A DNA stretch of 64,000 nucleotides from an uncultured Gemmatimonadales bacterium (GCA_963851265.1 CAWKNZ010000002.1:192001-256000); one strand, 5' to 3'; shown: positions 19,747-32,858, counted from the first letter of the stretch. Numbers and translations: made by a program. The notes: generated by a model from the sequence alone, not told the origin.

Positions 19747-22738
19747 ATGACACAGAGCTTTCTTCGTCGGCGGGCGCCGCAGGCTGCCTACGCCATCCTC
19801 ACCGCCGCGCTGCTGCCCGGGGTCGCAGCTGCGCAGACGGCCACCGGAAACGTGCGCGGGTACGTCACCGCCGCCGCCGGCGCGCCCGTCCCCGACGCGC
19901 AGGTGGTCGCGCGCGAGCTCACGACCAACGCGCGCCGCACCACGACGACCAACGCGAGCGGGTTCTACTTCCTCGGCGGCCTCAGACCGGGCCGCTACGA
20001 GATCGCGGTCCGCCGCATCGGCCTCGCGCCGCAGCTCCGGCAGGTCTCGGTCGGCATCGCCGAGACGAGCGACATCAACGTGTCGACGGCGGAGACCGCC
20101 GTGCAGCTGACGTCGGTGCAGGTGACGGCGAACGCGACCGCGACGCAGACGACGCGCACGTCCGAGGTCGGCGCGAGCATCACGCGCGACCAGGTCGCCA
20201 ACCTGCCCAACTTCGAGCGCAACATCCTCGACCTGGCCAAGCTGGTGCCGGGCGTGACGGCGACGGCCGTCAACAGCACCGACAAGACGTTCGCCGCGGG
20301 CGGGCAGCCCCCCGACGCGGTCAACGTGTACGTCGACGGCGCCTCGTACAAGAGCGACGTGCTCTCGGGCGGCACGGCGGGGCAGAACTCGAGCAAGGGC
20401 AACCCGTTCCCGCAGGGCGCGATCCAGGAGCTTCGGGTCCTCACGCAGAACTACAAGGCGGAGTACCAGAAGGCGTCGAGCGCGATCATCCTCGCCAACA
20501 CGCGCAGCGGGACCAACGAGACCACGTTCGACGGCTTCGCGAACGGCATCGGCTACGGCTACGCGGCGCGCGACGCCTACGGGGCGCAGCAGAACTTCGG
20601 CAAGCCGCAGTTCCGGCGGCTGCAGGCCGGCGGCGCGCTCGGCGGCCCGATCGTGCGCGACAAGCTGTTCTACTTCCTCGACTACGAGGGCAACTTCCGC
20701 GACGACCCGGCGTACGTGACGCTCGGCGGCGTCAAGCCGCCGGCCTCGCTCGCCTCGGTGCTCACGCCGTACATCGGGCAGTACCAGCAGTCGTTCCGCG
20801 AGCACCTCGGCGTCGCCAAGCTCACGTACGTGCAGAGCGAGAAGAGCACGATCGACGCCTCGTTCAACCTGCGCCACGACAAGGATTTCCGGGACTTCGG
20901 CGGGCCGGGGCAGGGCGCCTACTCGCGCGCGACCAACCTGCCGATCCAGGTCTACACGGGCATCCTCAACTGGAAGTACGCGGGCAACCATTACGTCAAC
21001 GAGGCGCAGTTCAGCCCCCAGCAGTACCTCTGGCAGGCGGGCGCGGTGAACCTGACGACGCCCGGGCAGATCTTCAACGGCGTGCTGGACATCGGCGGCG
21101 AGGGCGGCCTACCAGCGCTTCACGCAGAACCGGTTCTCGTTCCGCGACGACCTCACGCGCTCGGGCGTGCAGGCCGCGGGCGACCACGTCTTCAAGTTCG
21201 GCGCGAACGTCGACCTGCTCGGCTACCACGCCGACAAGGACCTCGCCCACAACCCGCTGTTCATCTACGACAACAGCAACAACTTCGCGAACCCGATCTC
21301 GGTGACGTTCGGCGGCGGCAACCCGACGATCAAGACCACCAACCAGCAGTTCGGGGCGTACGCGCAGGACGACTGGTCGGTGAGCAAGCGCCTCACGCTC
21401 AACCTCGGGCTGCGCTGGGACACCGAGACGAACCCGATCAACAACAGCTACGCCGCGCCCGCGGCGCTGGCCGACTCGCTCCGCGGCCCGCTCACCTCGA
21501 AGCTCTACGTGCTGCGCCCGAACGCGAGGAGCACCAGCACGACCACGGTCTTCGACACCGTCAACGTCGCGCAGGAACTCGGCGGCATCAACCGCTTCAT
21601 CGGCGGGGGGCGGAGCAGCCGGCCGATCTACCTCAAGGCCGTGCAGCCGCGCGTCGGCTTCTCGTACGACGCCAGCGCGCGCGGCGACAACAGCACGGTG
21701 TTCTTCGGCGGCGGCGGCATCTACTACGACCGCCAGAACTGGAACACCTTCTACGACGAGCAGTACCGCCGGCAGTACGGGCAGTACACGGTGCAGTTCA
21801 AGAACGCCTGCACGACGTCCGTCGGCTGCACCGCCTGGAACCCGCAGTACCTCTCGAACCCCGCGACGCTCCGGAACCTCGTCGGCACCACGGGCGTCCC
21901 CGAGGTGTTCCTCGTCGCCAACGACCTCAAGCCACCGCGCACGACGCAGGCGAGCTTCGGCATCCGCCAGGCGGTCGGCGCGACGCAGGTGTCGGTGTCG
22001 TACAACGGGGTCTTCGGAAGCAACATCACCAACTACGTCCGAGCCAGCGAATTCGGAGCACTCGGCCCCAATTACGCCACGGCCTTCCTCACGGACGACC
22101 GCGTCAAGACGCGCTACAACGCGCTGCAGGTGCAGATCGACCGCCCGCTGCGCGCGACCGCGCGCTTCGGCGGGAGCATCGCCTACACGCTCTCCAAGTC
22201 CGAGGAGCAGGGGAACGCGAGCGACATCTTCTGGTTCTTCGACAACCGCTACCCGACCGTCGCGGACCTGCCGTGGTACCCGGCCAACGGCGACCAGCGG
22301 CACCAGATCGTCGCCAACGGGATCGCGCGCGTGCCGGGCGGCTTCCTCCTCAGCGCGATCGTCACGCTCGGGACCGGGATCACCACCTTCGCCACCGACG
22401 CGAGCCAGGGGAGCGGGCCGTACCAGCAGCGCACGTACGTCTTCTCGCCCCCGACGCGCGCGTTCTTCGGCCTCGGCCGCGTGTTCGCGAACCAGAACCT
22501 GGACCTGCGCGGGGAGAAAGACCTGCCCCTCCGCAGCGGACAGCGCGTCGGCGTGCTCCTCGACCTCTACAACGCGTTCAACTCGGCGAACTTCGGCTGC
22601 TACAACACGTACATCGCCCCGCTGAGCGGGTCCCCGAACACCGGCTACGGCACCCCGGGATGCGCCGCCCCGGGCCGCCGCCTCCAGATCGGCCTGCGCT
22701 ACGGCTTCAACACGAACACCGCGGGCGACCCGCGGTGA
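19747..22738 (+). pseudogene. TonB-dependent receptor (CarboxypepD_reg N-terminus, Oar-like) split by a frameshift near 21109
   Basis: Frame 1 encodes the signal peptide, plug and barrel start up to ...DIGGEGG. After one extra base (GGC GGC C TAC CAG CGC TTC) frame 2 continues YQRFTQNRFSFRDD...YAQDDW...LNLGLRWD...QIGLRYGF. This could be an assembly error rather than a true pseudogene. Confidence 0.8.
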
Positions 22739-24213
22739 GGCGTTGGATGGCGGCGGCGTGCCTGTTCGGGTGCGCCGCCGGGCGGGTCGCCGCCCAACCG
22801 GCGGTGGCCCAGCCGGCCGCCGCCCAGCCCACCGCCGCCCAGCCCACCGCCGAACGCGCCTTCGCCGACACCCTCGCCCGCCGCACCTTCGACTGGTTCT
22901 GGGAGACCACCGACCCCGTCCGGGGGCTCACCCCGGACCGCTGGCCCACCCGGACCTTCTCCAGCATCGCCGCCGTCGGGTTCGCCCTCACGGCCTACCC
23001 GATCGGCGTCGAGCGCGGCTGGATCTCGCGCGACTCGGCGCGCGCGCGCACCCTCACCACGCTGCGGTTCTTCTGGACCGCCCCGCAGGGCCCCGACGCG
23101 CAGGGGACTGCGGGCTACCGCGGCTTCTTCTACCACTTCCTCGACGTGCGGACCGGCCGCCGCTTCGGCCGCGTCGAGCTGTCGACCATCGACACCGCGC
23201 TGCTGTTAGGCGGCGTCCTGTTCTGCCGCGAGTACTTCGACCGCGCCGGCGACCCCGGCGAGCGCGAGATCCGCGCGCTCGCCGACTCGATCTACCGCCG
23301 CGTCGACTGGCGCTGGGCGCAGGACGCCCGCCCGCTCGTCGCGATGGGGTGGCGCCCCGACTCCGCGCGGGGCCAGAACGCGCGCGGCTTCATCACGAGC
23401 AGCTGGTTCGGCTACACCGAGGCGATGCTCCTCTACGCCCTCGCCCTCGGCTCGCCCACGCACCCGGTCGACCCCGCGGCGTGGGGCGCGTGGACCCGCA
23501 CGTACCAGTGGAACACCTTCCGCGGCCAGCGCTACGTGCAGTTCGCGCCGCTCTTCGGTCACCAGTACTCGCACGTCTGGATCGACTTCCGCGGCGTCCG
23601 CGACGCGTACATGCGCGGGCGCGCGGCGGACGACCCGGGGCTCGACTACTTCGAGAACTCGCGCCGCGCGACGCTCGCGCAGCGCGCCTACGCGACGGCC
23701 GACCCGTCGGGGTGGACGGGCTACGGGCCCGACGCGTGGGGGCTCACCGCGAGCGACGGACCGCTGGACTCCACGTTCGCCGTCGGTGGCCGCGTGCGCA
23801 CCTTCCACACGTACTGGGCCCGCGGCGCGGGCACCGACGAACTGAACGACGACGGCACGCTCGCCCCCACCGCGGTCGGCGGCAGCGTGCCGTTCGCCCC
23901 CGAGGTCGCACTCCCCACGCTCCTCGCCATGCGGCGCACGTACGGCGATCCCCTGTTCGGGCGGTACGGCTTCGTCGACGCGTTCAACCCGACGCTCCGC
24001 GACGCCGCGCTCCCCGTCCGGCAGGGCCGCGTCGTGCCCGGCGTGGGGTGGTTCGACACCGACTACCTCGGCATCGACCAGGGGCCCATCGTGGCCATGC
24101 TCGAGAACCATCGCTCGGGCCTCGTGTGGCGGCTGATGCGCAAGAGCCCGTACGTTGTGCGCGGGCTGTGTCGGGCGGGATTCACGGGCGGCTGGCTGGA
24201 GGGGAAGTGCTGA
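22735..24213 (+). CDS. Glucoamylase-like/GH144 endo-beta-1,2-glucanase
   Basis: GTGA overlap with the receptor stop; SIAAVGFALT, GFFYHF, ELSTIDTA, PLFGHQYSH.W.DFR, WGLTASDGP and LGIDQGP motifs. Confidence 0.85.
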   Translation: MRRWMAAACLFGCAAGRVAAQPAVAQPAAAQPTAAQPTAERAFADTLARRTFDWFWETTDPVRGLTPDRWPTRTFSSIAAVGFALTAYPIGVERGWISRDSARARTLTTLRFFWTAPQGPDAQGTAGYRGFFYHFLDVRTGRRFGRVELSTIDTALLLGGVLFCREYFDRAGDPGEREIRALADSIYRRVDWRWAQDARPLVAMGWRPDSARGQNARGFITSSWFGYTEAMLLYALALGSPTHPVDPAAWGAWTRTYQWNTFRGQRYVQFAPLFGHQYSHVWIDFRGVRDAYMRGRAADDPGLDYFENSRRATLAQRAYATADPSGWTGYGPDAWGLTASDGPLDSTFAVGGRVRTFHTYWARGAGTDELNDDGTLAPTAVGGSVPFAPEVALPTLLAMRRTYGDPLFGRYGFVDAFNPTLRDAALPVRQGRVVPGVGWFDTDYLGIDQGPIVAMLENHRSGLVWRLMRKSPYVVRGLCRAGFTGGWLEGKC

Positions 24214-24242
24214 GCGTCTACCCTGAGCGGACAACACATCGC

Positions 24243-26585
24243 ATGACGAACGGACGGTGGCGTGCCATCTCGAGCGCCGCCGCGCTCACGCTCGGTCTCG
24301 TGGCCCTGGCCGCGCCCCGAGCACACGCCCAACGCCGCACGGTCTCGCCCGCCCGCGCGTCGCGTATCGCCGACTCCGTGCTCGCGCTGCTCTCGCTCGA
24401 CGAGAAGGTCGGCCAGCTCGTGCAGTCGCCGGGCGGCCGCGACCAGACCGGCCCCACCGCCCCGACGGGCGGCGAGGACGCGGTGCGCGCGGGGCGCGTG
24501 GGCTCGTTCCTCAGCTTCTGGGGCGCGGACGCCACGCGGCGCGTGCAGCGCGTGGCCGTCGAACAATCGCCGCACCACGTCCCGCTGCTCTTCGCGATGG
24601 ACGTGATCCACGGCTTCCGCACGATCTTCCCGCAGCCGCTGGCCGAGGCGGCGGCGTTCGACCCCGCGGTCGCCCAGCGCGCCGCGCGCGCCGCGGCCGT
24701 CGAGGCCAGCGCGGCCGGCATCCACTGGACGTTCGCGCCGATGGTCGACATCGCGCGCGACCCGCGCTGGGGGCGCGTGGTCGAGGGCGCGGGCGAGGAC
24801 CCGTACCTCGGCGCGCGCCTGGCGGAGGCGCGCGTCCGCGGCTTCCAGGGCGACAGCGGGTTCACGGCCCCCACCGCGCTGATGGCCACCGCCAAGCACT
24901 TCGTCGGCTACGGCACCACCGAAGGGGGCCGCGACTACAACACCGGCGAGATCGGCGAGCGCACGCTGTGGGACGTGTACCTGCCGCCCTTCGAGGCCGC
25001 GGCGCGCGCGGGCGTGGCGACCTTCATGGCCGGCTTCAGCGCCGTCGACGGCACGCCGCCGCACGCGAGCCACTGGCTGCTCACCGACGTGCTGCGCGAC
25101 CGCTGGCGCTTCGGCGGGCTCGTCGTGAGCGACTGGGACGGCGTCGGCGAGCTGATCCCCCACGGCGTCGCGGCCACGCGCGCCGACGCGGCCACGCGCG
25201 CCATCACCGCCGGCGTCGACGTCGACATGTCGGACAACGTCTACGCCACCGACCTCGCCGCGCTCGTGCGCGCCGGGCGCGTGCCGCAGGCGAGCGTCGA
25301 TTCGGCCGTGCACCGCGTGCTGCGCGCCAAGGCGCTGCTCGGCCTCTTCGACGACCCGTACCGCGGCGTGACCGCCGAGCGCGAGCGGCGTGACGTGCTC
25401 GCCCCCGCGCACCGCGCGCTCGCCCGGCAGGGCGGGCGCGAGTCGGTCGTGCTGCTCGAGAACCGCCCGGTCTCCGCTGGCGGCGCCCCCACGCTGCCGC
25501 TGTCGAAGGCGGTCCGCTCGCTCGCCGTGATCGGCCCGCTCGCCGACGACCGGCGCTCGTCGTTAGGCAACTGGCTGCTGGCCGCGGAAGACGCCGACGC
25601 GGTGACCGTGCTCGCCGGGCTCCGCGCCGCGCTCCCGGGCGCGCGCGTGTCGTACCTCCGCGCCATGTCGGCCGACACCGTCGACGGGCGCGTCGGGCCG
25701 GGGATCGACAGCGCCGTCGCGCTCGTGCGCGCCGCCGACGCCACCGTGCTCGTGATCGGCGAGCGCGAGAACATGAGCGGCGAGGCGTCCAGCCGCACCA
25801 CGCTCGACCTGCCCGGCGCGCAGCTCGCGCTCGCGCAGGCCGTGGTGCGCGCGGCGCGCGCGGCGGGCAAGCCGGCCGCGGTGGTGCTCATGAACGGGCG
25901 CCCGCTCTCGACGCCCTGGCTCGCCGACAGCGCGGGCGCGGTGGTCGAGTCGTGGTTCCTCGGCGTGGAGCACGGCAACGCGGTCGCCGACGTGCTCCTG
26001 GGCGAGTACAACCCCGCGGGGCGGCTGCCGATCACGGTGCCGCGCGCCGTGGGGCAGGTGCCCATCTACTACAACCACTTCAACACCGGCCGCCCCGAGA
26101 ACCTCGCCGACCATTTCACGAGCCGGTACCTCGACCTGGCGTCGACGCCGCTCTACCCGTTCGGGTACGGGCTCAGCTACACGACGTTCGCCTACCGCGC
26201 GCTGCGCCCGTCGGCAGCGTCGGTGCGCTTCACCGGGCCGCGCGACACGCTGGGCGTGTCGTTCGAGGTGACCAACACCGGCGCGCGCGCGGGCGACGAG
26301 GTCGTGCAGCTCTACGTGCGCGACGACGTGGCGAGCGTGGTGCGCCCGGTGCGCGAGCTGAAGCGGTTCGCGCGCGTGTCGCTGCGGCCGGGCGAGACGC
26401 GCCTCGTGCGCTTCACCCTGACCGCCGACGACCTCGCGTTCTACGGCCTCGACCTGCGGCGCGTGGTCGAGCCGGGCACGTTCACGCTCTGGGCGGGCGG
26501 AAGCTCGGCCGCCGCGCTCGAAGCGAAGTTCGCGGTCACGGGCGACACGCTCGTCCTCGCGCCCGCGCCGCCGCGGTATCGATGA
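24243..26585 (+). CDS. bglX: Periplasmic GH3 beta-glucosidase (BglX-like)
   Basis: DVIHG, APMVDIARDPRWGR..EG.GEDP, KHF, VSDW, SGEA.SR, PLYPFGYGLSYT and a C-terminal Fn3-like domain. Confidence 0.9.
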   Translation: MTNGRWRAISSAAALTLGLVALAAPRAHAQRRTVSPARASRIADSVLALLSLDEKVGQLVQSPGGRDQTGPTAPTGGEDAVRAGRVGSFLSFWGADATRRVQRVAVEQSPHHVPLLFAMDVIHGFRTIFPQPLAEAAAFDPAVAQRAARAAAVEASAAGIHWTFAPMVDIARDPRWGRVVEGAGEDPYLGARLAEARVRGFQGDSGFTAPTALMATAKHFVGYGTTEGGRDYNTGEIGERTLWDVYLPPFEAAARAGVATFMAGFSAVDGTPPHASHWLLTDVLRDRWRFGGLVVSDWDGVGELIPHGVAATRADAATRAITAGVDVDMSDNVYATDLAALVRAGRVPQASVDSAVHRVLRAKALLGLFDDPYRGVTAERERRDVLAPAHRALARQGGRESVVLLENRPVSAGGAPTLPLSKAVRSLAVIGPLADDRRSSLGNWLLAAEDADAVTVLAGLRAALPGARVSYLRAMSADTVDGRVGPGIDSAVALVRAADATVLVIGERENMSGEASSRTTLDLPGAQLALAQAVVRAARAAGKPAAVVLMNGRPLSTPWLADSAGAVVESWFLGVEHGNAVADVLLGEYNPAGRLPITVPRAVGQVPIYYNHFNTGRPENLADHFTSRYLDLASTPLYPFGYGLSYTTFAYRALRPSAASVRFTGPRDTLGVSFEVTNTGARAGDEVVQLYVRDDVASVVRPVRELKRFARVSLRPGETRLVRFTLTADDLAFYGLDLRRVVEPGTFTLWAGGSSAAALEAKFAVTGDTLVLAPAPPRYR

Positions 26586-27907
26586 CCGCGCGGCAGGGCG
26601 CGACGCCGGCCGCGTGCCGCGCGCGCGTCGCGCGCCTCGCGCCGGCCGCCCTCCTCGCACTGCTCGCCTGCGCCGGGCCGGACGCCCCGCCCGTCGAGGT
26701 CCGCTTCTGGGCGTTGGGCACCGAAGGCGAGAGCGTCGGGCCGCTCGTCCGCGAGTTCGAGCGCGCCCACCCGGGCGCGCGCGTCCGCCTGCAGCAGCTC
26801 CCGTTTTCCGCGGCGCACGAGAAGCTCGTCACCGCCGTCGTCGGTGACGCCACGCCCGACGTCGCGCAGCTCGGCAACACCTGGGTCTCCGAGTTCGTCG
26901 CCCTCCGCGCGCTCGCGCCGCTCGACACCCCCCTCGCCCGGTCGGCCGTGGTCGACCGCGCCGACTACTTCGCCGGCGAGTGGACGCCCAACGTCGTCGA
27001 CGGGCGCACGTACGGCGTGCCGTGGTACGTCGACACCCGCCTGCTCTTCTACCGCTCCGACCTGCTCGCGCGCGCCGGCGTGGCGCGCGCGCCCGAGAGT
27101 TGGGCGGAGTGGCGGGACGCCATGCGCCGCGTGCGCCGCGTGCAGCCGGCGGGCGGATCGCCCGCGCTCCTGCCGACCAACGAGATCGAGACGCCCGTGA
27201 TCGTCCTGCAGCAGAGCGGCGCGCCGCTGCTGCGCGACGGCGACACGCGCGGCAACTTCCGCGACCCGCGCGTGCGCGCCGCGTTCGCCTGGTACGTCGG
27301 CCTGTTCCGCGAAGGGTTGGCCCCGCCCATCTCGACCACGCAGGTCAGCAACATCACGCAGGAGGTCGCGGCCGGGCGGTACGCGATGTACGTCACCGGG
27401 CCGTGGAACGTCGCCGACTTCCGCCACTGGATGCCCGACACCGTGCCCGGCGCCGTCGCGCGCTGGGCCACCGCCGCGATGCCCGGCCCGACGGGCGCGG
27501 CGAGCGGCACGTCGCTCCCCGGCGGGTCGAGCCTCGTGCTCTTTCGCGGGCCCGGGCACGATGACCCCGCGCGGCAGGCGCTCGCCTGGCAGTTCGTCGA
27601 GTTCCTCAGCACGCGCGCGGCGCAGGCGAGCTTCGCCCGGCTGAGCGGCGACCTGCCCGCGCGCGCGAGTGCGTGGGCCGACGCCGGGGTCGCCGGCGAC
27701 GCGAAGTTCGCGCCCTTCGCCACGCAGCTCCGGCGCCTCACCCCCGTGCCGCGCGTCCCCGAGTGGGAGGCGATCGCGGAGCGCGTCGCGCAGTCCGTCG
27801 AGCGCGCCGGGCGCGGCGACGCGACCGTCGACGACGCGCTCCGCGCGCTCGACGCCGACGTCGACGCGATCCTCGAGAAGCGGCGTTGGCTGCGCACGCG
27901 CCAGTGA
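26582..27907 (+). CDS. Oligosaccharide ABC transporter substrate-binding lipoprotein
   Basis: Lipobox LLAC; PDVAQLGNTW, PWYVDTR.LFYR.D and GGSSL motifs. Confidence 0.9.
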   Translation: MTARQGATPAACRARVARLAPAALLALLACAGPDAPPVEVRFWALGTEGESVGPLVREFERAHPGARVRLQQLPFSAAHEKLVTAVVGDATPDVAQLGNTWVSEFVALRALAPLDTPLARSAVVDRADYFAGEWTPNVVDGRTYGVPWYVDTRLLFYRSDLLARAGVARAPESWAEWRDAMRRVRRVQPAGGSPALLPTNEIETPVIVLQQSGAPLLRDGDTRGNFRDPRVRAAFAWYVGLFREGLAPPISTTQVSNITQEVAAGRYAMYVTGPWNVADFRHWMPDTVPGAVARWATAAMPGPTGAASGTSLPGGSSLVLFRGPGHDDPARQALAWQFVEFLSTRAAQASFARLSGDLPARASAWADAGVAGDAKFAPFATQLRRLTPVPRVPEWEAIAERVAQSVERAGRGDATVDDALRALDADVDAILEKRRWLRTRQ

Positions 27908-28839
27908 GCGTGGGCGCGGGAGCGCCGGTCGGCGCGCGCGCGGGCGCGGGCTGGTGGTTCGTCGCCCCGGCGCTCCTGCTGCTGGCCGTGTTCTTCGTGC
28001 TGCCGGTGCTCGCCGGACTCGCGCTCAGCCTCACCGACTTCGACCTGTACGCCATCGCCGACCCCGCGGCCGTGCGCTTCGTGGGGCTGCGCAACTACGC
28101 GCGCCTGCTCGCCGACCCGCTCTTCCGCACCGCGCTCGGCAACACGCTCTACTTCGCGGCCGTGGGCGGGCCACTCACCGTCGCCGCGTCGCTCGGCGCC
28201 GCGCTGCTCGTCAACGGGCGGCTCGTGCGGTGGAAGACGTTCTGGCGGACGGTGTTCTTCACGCCCTTCGTGACCACGCTCGTCGCCGTCGCCATCGTCT
28301 GGCGCTACCTCTACCACCCGCAGTACGGGCTGCTCAACTATGCGTTGGGCGCGGTCGGGATCCCGCCCGTCGACTGGCTCGGCGATCCACGCTGGGCGAT
28401 GCCGGCGATCATCCTGCTCGCGGTGTGGAAGAACTTCGGCTACAACATGCTGATCTTCGTCGCGGGGCTGCAGGCGATCCCGGCGGAGTTGTACGAGGCG
28501 GCCGCGCTCGACGGCGCCACGGCGTGGCAGCGCTTCCGCCACGTCACCCTCCCCGGGCTCGCGCCGACGACGCTGCTCGTCGCGGTCGTGACCATGATCG
28601 GCTACTTCCAGCTCTTCGCGGAGCCCTACGCGATGACGGCGGGCGGGCCGCTGCGGAGCACGACGAGCGTCGTGCTGCTGATGTACGAGGAGGGCTTCCG
28701 CTGGTGGCGCATGGGGAACGCGGCCGCGATCGCGTTCCTGCTGTTCGCGCTCGTCGTCGCGTGCGCGCTCGCGCAGCACGGGTTGCAGCGCGCCTTCCAG
28801 CGCGCGTCGTCCCGCCCGCCCGAACGTCCGGCGGCGTGA
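27904..28839 (+). CDS. Carbohydrate ABC transporter permease 1
   Basis: [22 protein letters not shown] and the EAA motif YEAA.LDGA. Confidence 0.93.
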   Translation: MSVGAGAPVGARAGAGWWFVAPALLLLAVFFVLPVLAGLALSLTDFDLYAIADPAAVRFVGLRNYARLLADPLFRTALGNTLYFAAVGGPLTVAASLGAALLVNGRLVRWKTFWRTVFFTPFVTTLVAVAIVWRYLYHPQYGLLNYALGAVGIPPVDWLGDPRWAMPAIILLAVWKNFGYNMLIFVAGLQAIPAELYEAAALDGATAWQRFRHVTLPGLAPTTLLVAVVTMIGYFQLFAEPYAMTAGGPLRSTTSVVLLMYEEGFRWWRMGNAAAIAFLLFALVVACALAQHGLQRAFQRASSRPPERPAA

Positions 28840-29674
28840 CGCCGGCCCCGCCGCCGTTCGCCCGCGTGCGGTTCGCCCGCGTGCTGCTCGCCGGCGCGCT
28901 CGCCGCCTGCGGCGCGGCCGCGCTCCTCCCGATGCTCTGGATGCTGGCCGCGTCGTTCATGCGGCCCGGCGAGGCCACCACCTACCCGCCGCACCTCCTG
29001 CCCCGCGCGCCCACGCTCGAGCACTACCGCGCGCTCTTCACCCGCCTGTCGTTAGGCCGCTACGCCCTCAACGGCTTCGTCGTCGCGGCGCTCGTCACCG
29101 GGCTCTCGCTGTTCGTCAACGCGGCCGCGGGGTACGCCTTCGCCAAGCTGCGCTTCCGCGGGCGCGACGGGCTGTTCGGCCTGCTCGGCACGGCGCTCGT
29201 CGTGCCGGCGCAGGTCGCGATGCTGCCGCTCTTCCTGGAGCTCAAGGCGCTGCACCTCGTCAACACGTACGCGGGCGTGGTCGTCCCCGCGCTCGCGAGC
29301 ATCTTCGGCATCTTCCTCGTGCGGCAGTACGCGCTCGCGCTCCCCGACGACCTGCTCGACGCGGCGCGCATCGACGGCGCGGGGGAGGGGCGCGTGTTCT
29401 GGAGCATCGTGCTGCCGGCCATCCGCCCGGTGCTCGCGACGCTCAGCATCTGGACCTTCCTCTCGACCTGGAACGACTTCCTCTGGCCGCTCGTCGTGCT
29501 CACCGACGACCGCCGCTACACGCTCCCGGTCGCCCTCGCGGGCCTGCTCGGCGAGCACGCCCAACAGACGGAGCTGATGATGGCCGGCTCCGTGCTCACG
29601 CTGCTGCCGGTGCTGGTGGTCTTCCTCGCGCTGCAGCGTTACTACATCGAAGGCGTGACCGCGGGGAGCGTGAA

Positions 29675-29678
<4 letters not shown>
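28836..29678 (+). CDS. Carbohydrate ABC transporter permease 2
   Basis: [26 protein letters not shown] and G...GSVK motifs. Confidence 0.93.
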
Positions 29679-30852
<1,174 letters not shown>

Positions 30853-30856
<4 letters not shown>

Positions 30857-32349
30857 GCGCCGGCCGCGCCGCGCCGGGGCGCCCCGTCGTAGACCCGCGG
30901 CAGGTCGACCACGAACGTACTCCCCTCGCCGAGGGTGCTCGTGACGCTCACGTCGCCGCCGAGCAGCCACGTCAGCTGCCGCACGATGCTGAGGCCGAGC
31001 CCCGTGCCCGCGGCCGGGCGCGTGGTCGGCTGCAGGCTGGCCCCGCCCGACACCTGGACGAACGGTTCGAACACCCGCGCCAGCTGCTCCGGCGGGATCC
31101 CGATGCCGGTGTCGCGCACGGTGATCCGCAGCCACTCGCCGGCCGGCGAGTCGGCCACGCACGTCTCGACCACCACCCGCCCGTGGTCGGTGAACTTGAC
31201 CGCGTTGCCGACGAGGTTGGTGACGATCTGGCGCACCTTGCGCTCGTCGCTCACGACGTCGACGCCGGCGGCCGGCCCCTCCTGCGCGAGCGCGAGCTGC
31301 TTGCGGGCGGCGAGCGGCGCGGTGATGTCGAGCACCTGCGCGACCGTGGCGGCCGCGTCGAAGGGCGCGGGCACGACCACCTCCTTGCCCGACTGCGCCC
31401 GCGCGAAGCCGAGCAGGTTCTCGATGGTGTCGAGCAGGTGTCCGCCGGCCGTCTGCACGCGGCGCACGTACTCGTGCTGCCGCGGCGCGAGCGGGCCCGC
31501 GATCTCCGCGCCTAACAGGTCGGAGAAGCCGAGGATCGCCTGGAGCGGCGTGCGCAGCTCGTGCGAGACCACGGCGAGGAAGTCGTCCTTCGCGCGGTTC
31601 GCGTCCTCGGCGAGCCGCCGCGACTCCTCGGCGTCCGCGCGCGCCCGCTCGGCCTCGCGCCGCGCCTCGGCCTCGGCCGCGCGCGCGCGTTCGGCGGCGG
31701 CGTGCGCCGCACGCTCGCCGTAGTACAGCCGGGCCTGGGCCAGCGCCCGAGCGAGCCGCCCCGCCGCCGCCCGCAGCATCACCTGCTCGCTCGGCACCAG
31801 GCGGCGCGGCTCCGTCCACCCCACGAGCAGCATTCCGTGCACGCGCCCCATGTACCGCGCCGGTACGGCCGCGAGCGCCTGGACCCCCAGTGCATCGACC
31901 GTGGGGCGGAGCGCCGGGTAGCGCTCGACCAGACTCGCGCGGCTTCCGAAATGGAGCACGCGTTCGGTACGGGCTGCCTCGCTCACCGGACACGCCGCGG
32001 CGAGCGCGATCCGCGAGTACCGGGCGACCACCTCGGTCGCGAGCGGCGTCGCGCCGGTCACCTCCAACGCGCTCTCCTCGTCGATGAGCCGCCACGCGAC
32101 CACTACCGACGCGTTCAACTCGCGCAACGTCAGCTCGACGAGCGACACGGCGCGCTCCTCGGCCGTCGGATAGCTCGCCGCCATGCGCCGCAGCCTGCCT
32201 TGCAGGGCGCGCGCGGTCGCCATCGCCCGCGTCGCCGCGTCGCGCACCTCGTCGTGGCGCGACGCCGACTCCGCCGCGTCCCCCTCGGGGTCGGGCGGCG
32301 CGGTGGAGTGACCGGCGGGGTGGGGGACGGCATCCACGCCATGCATCAT
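30853..32349 (-). CDS. GAF-domain sensor histidine kinase (cytoplasmic)
   Basis: GAF-like N-terminus, coiled coil, H-box SHELRTPL, N-box [16 protein letters not shown] and GTGLGL. Start codon uncertain. Confidence 0.9.
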
Positions 32350-32383
32350 GGCAAGAATCGGACGCCGAACAACGTCAGCGCTG

Positions 32384-32818
32384 CTACGAGAAATCCATGT
32401 GCCGGCGCGCACACGCCGGGCACGCGCCGTGAGAGAAGACGACGCGAAACTTCGGGTCGGCGATCCGGCCGCGTACCCACGGGGGCACGGCGCGCCACGC
32501 CTCGTCCGCCTCGGCGAGGCCGCGCGCGAGCGGCAGCGCCACGTACACCCGCTCGCAGAACATGCAGACGCGGAGGACCGCCGGCAGCCGCGGACGCGCG
32601 GCGCCCGCGTCGCACACGGCCGCGCGCGACGGATGCAGCACGACGCGCCGCCACAGCCGGTGCCAGCCGCGCCATGACCGGGCCTGGGCCGACAGGAGGG
32701 ACTGCAACTCGCGCGAACGGGTCGCCTCGGTGGTCGCGCGCGCGCAGAGCCGCTCGCTCGCCTGGCAGGCGAGCGTTGCGCGTGCGCGCGACTCGCGAAG
32801 CCGTGCGCTGACCGGCAC
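32384..32818 (-). CDS. Small protein with C-terminal CxxC...HGxCxxC putative metal-binding motif
   Basis: RVCMFCERV...FSHGACPACAR preceded by a predicted coiled coil. Confidence 0.6.
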   Translation of the reverse strand: MPVSARLRESRARATLACQASERLCARATTEATRSRELQSLLSAQARSWRGWHRLWRRVVLHPSRAAVCDAGAARPRLPAVLRVCMFCERVYVALPLARGLAEADEAWRAVPPWVRGRIADPKFRVVFSHGACPACARRHMDFS

Positions 32819-32858
32819 GGCGGCGCCCGCTGTCGTGTACGGAGCTGTTACGCCGCTG

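Noticed and set aside
19747..24213. 1488-aa ORF as a genuine receptor-glucanase fusion
   Set aside because: The middle ~540 codons are out-of-frame receptor sequence, and the glucanase has its own coupled start and signal peptide.
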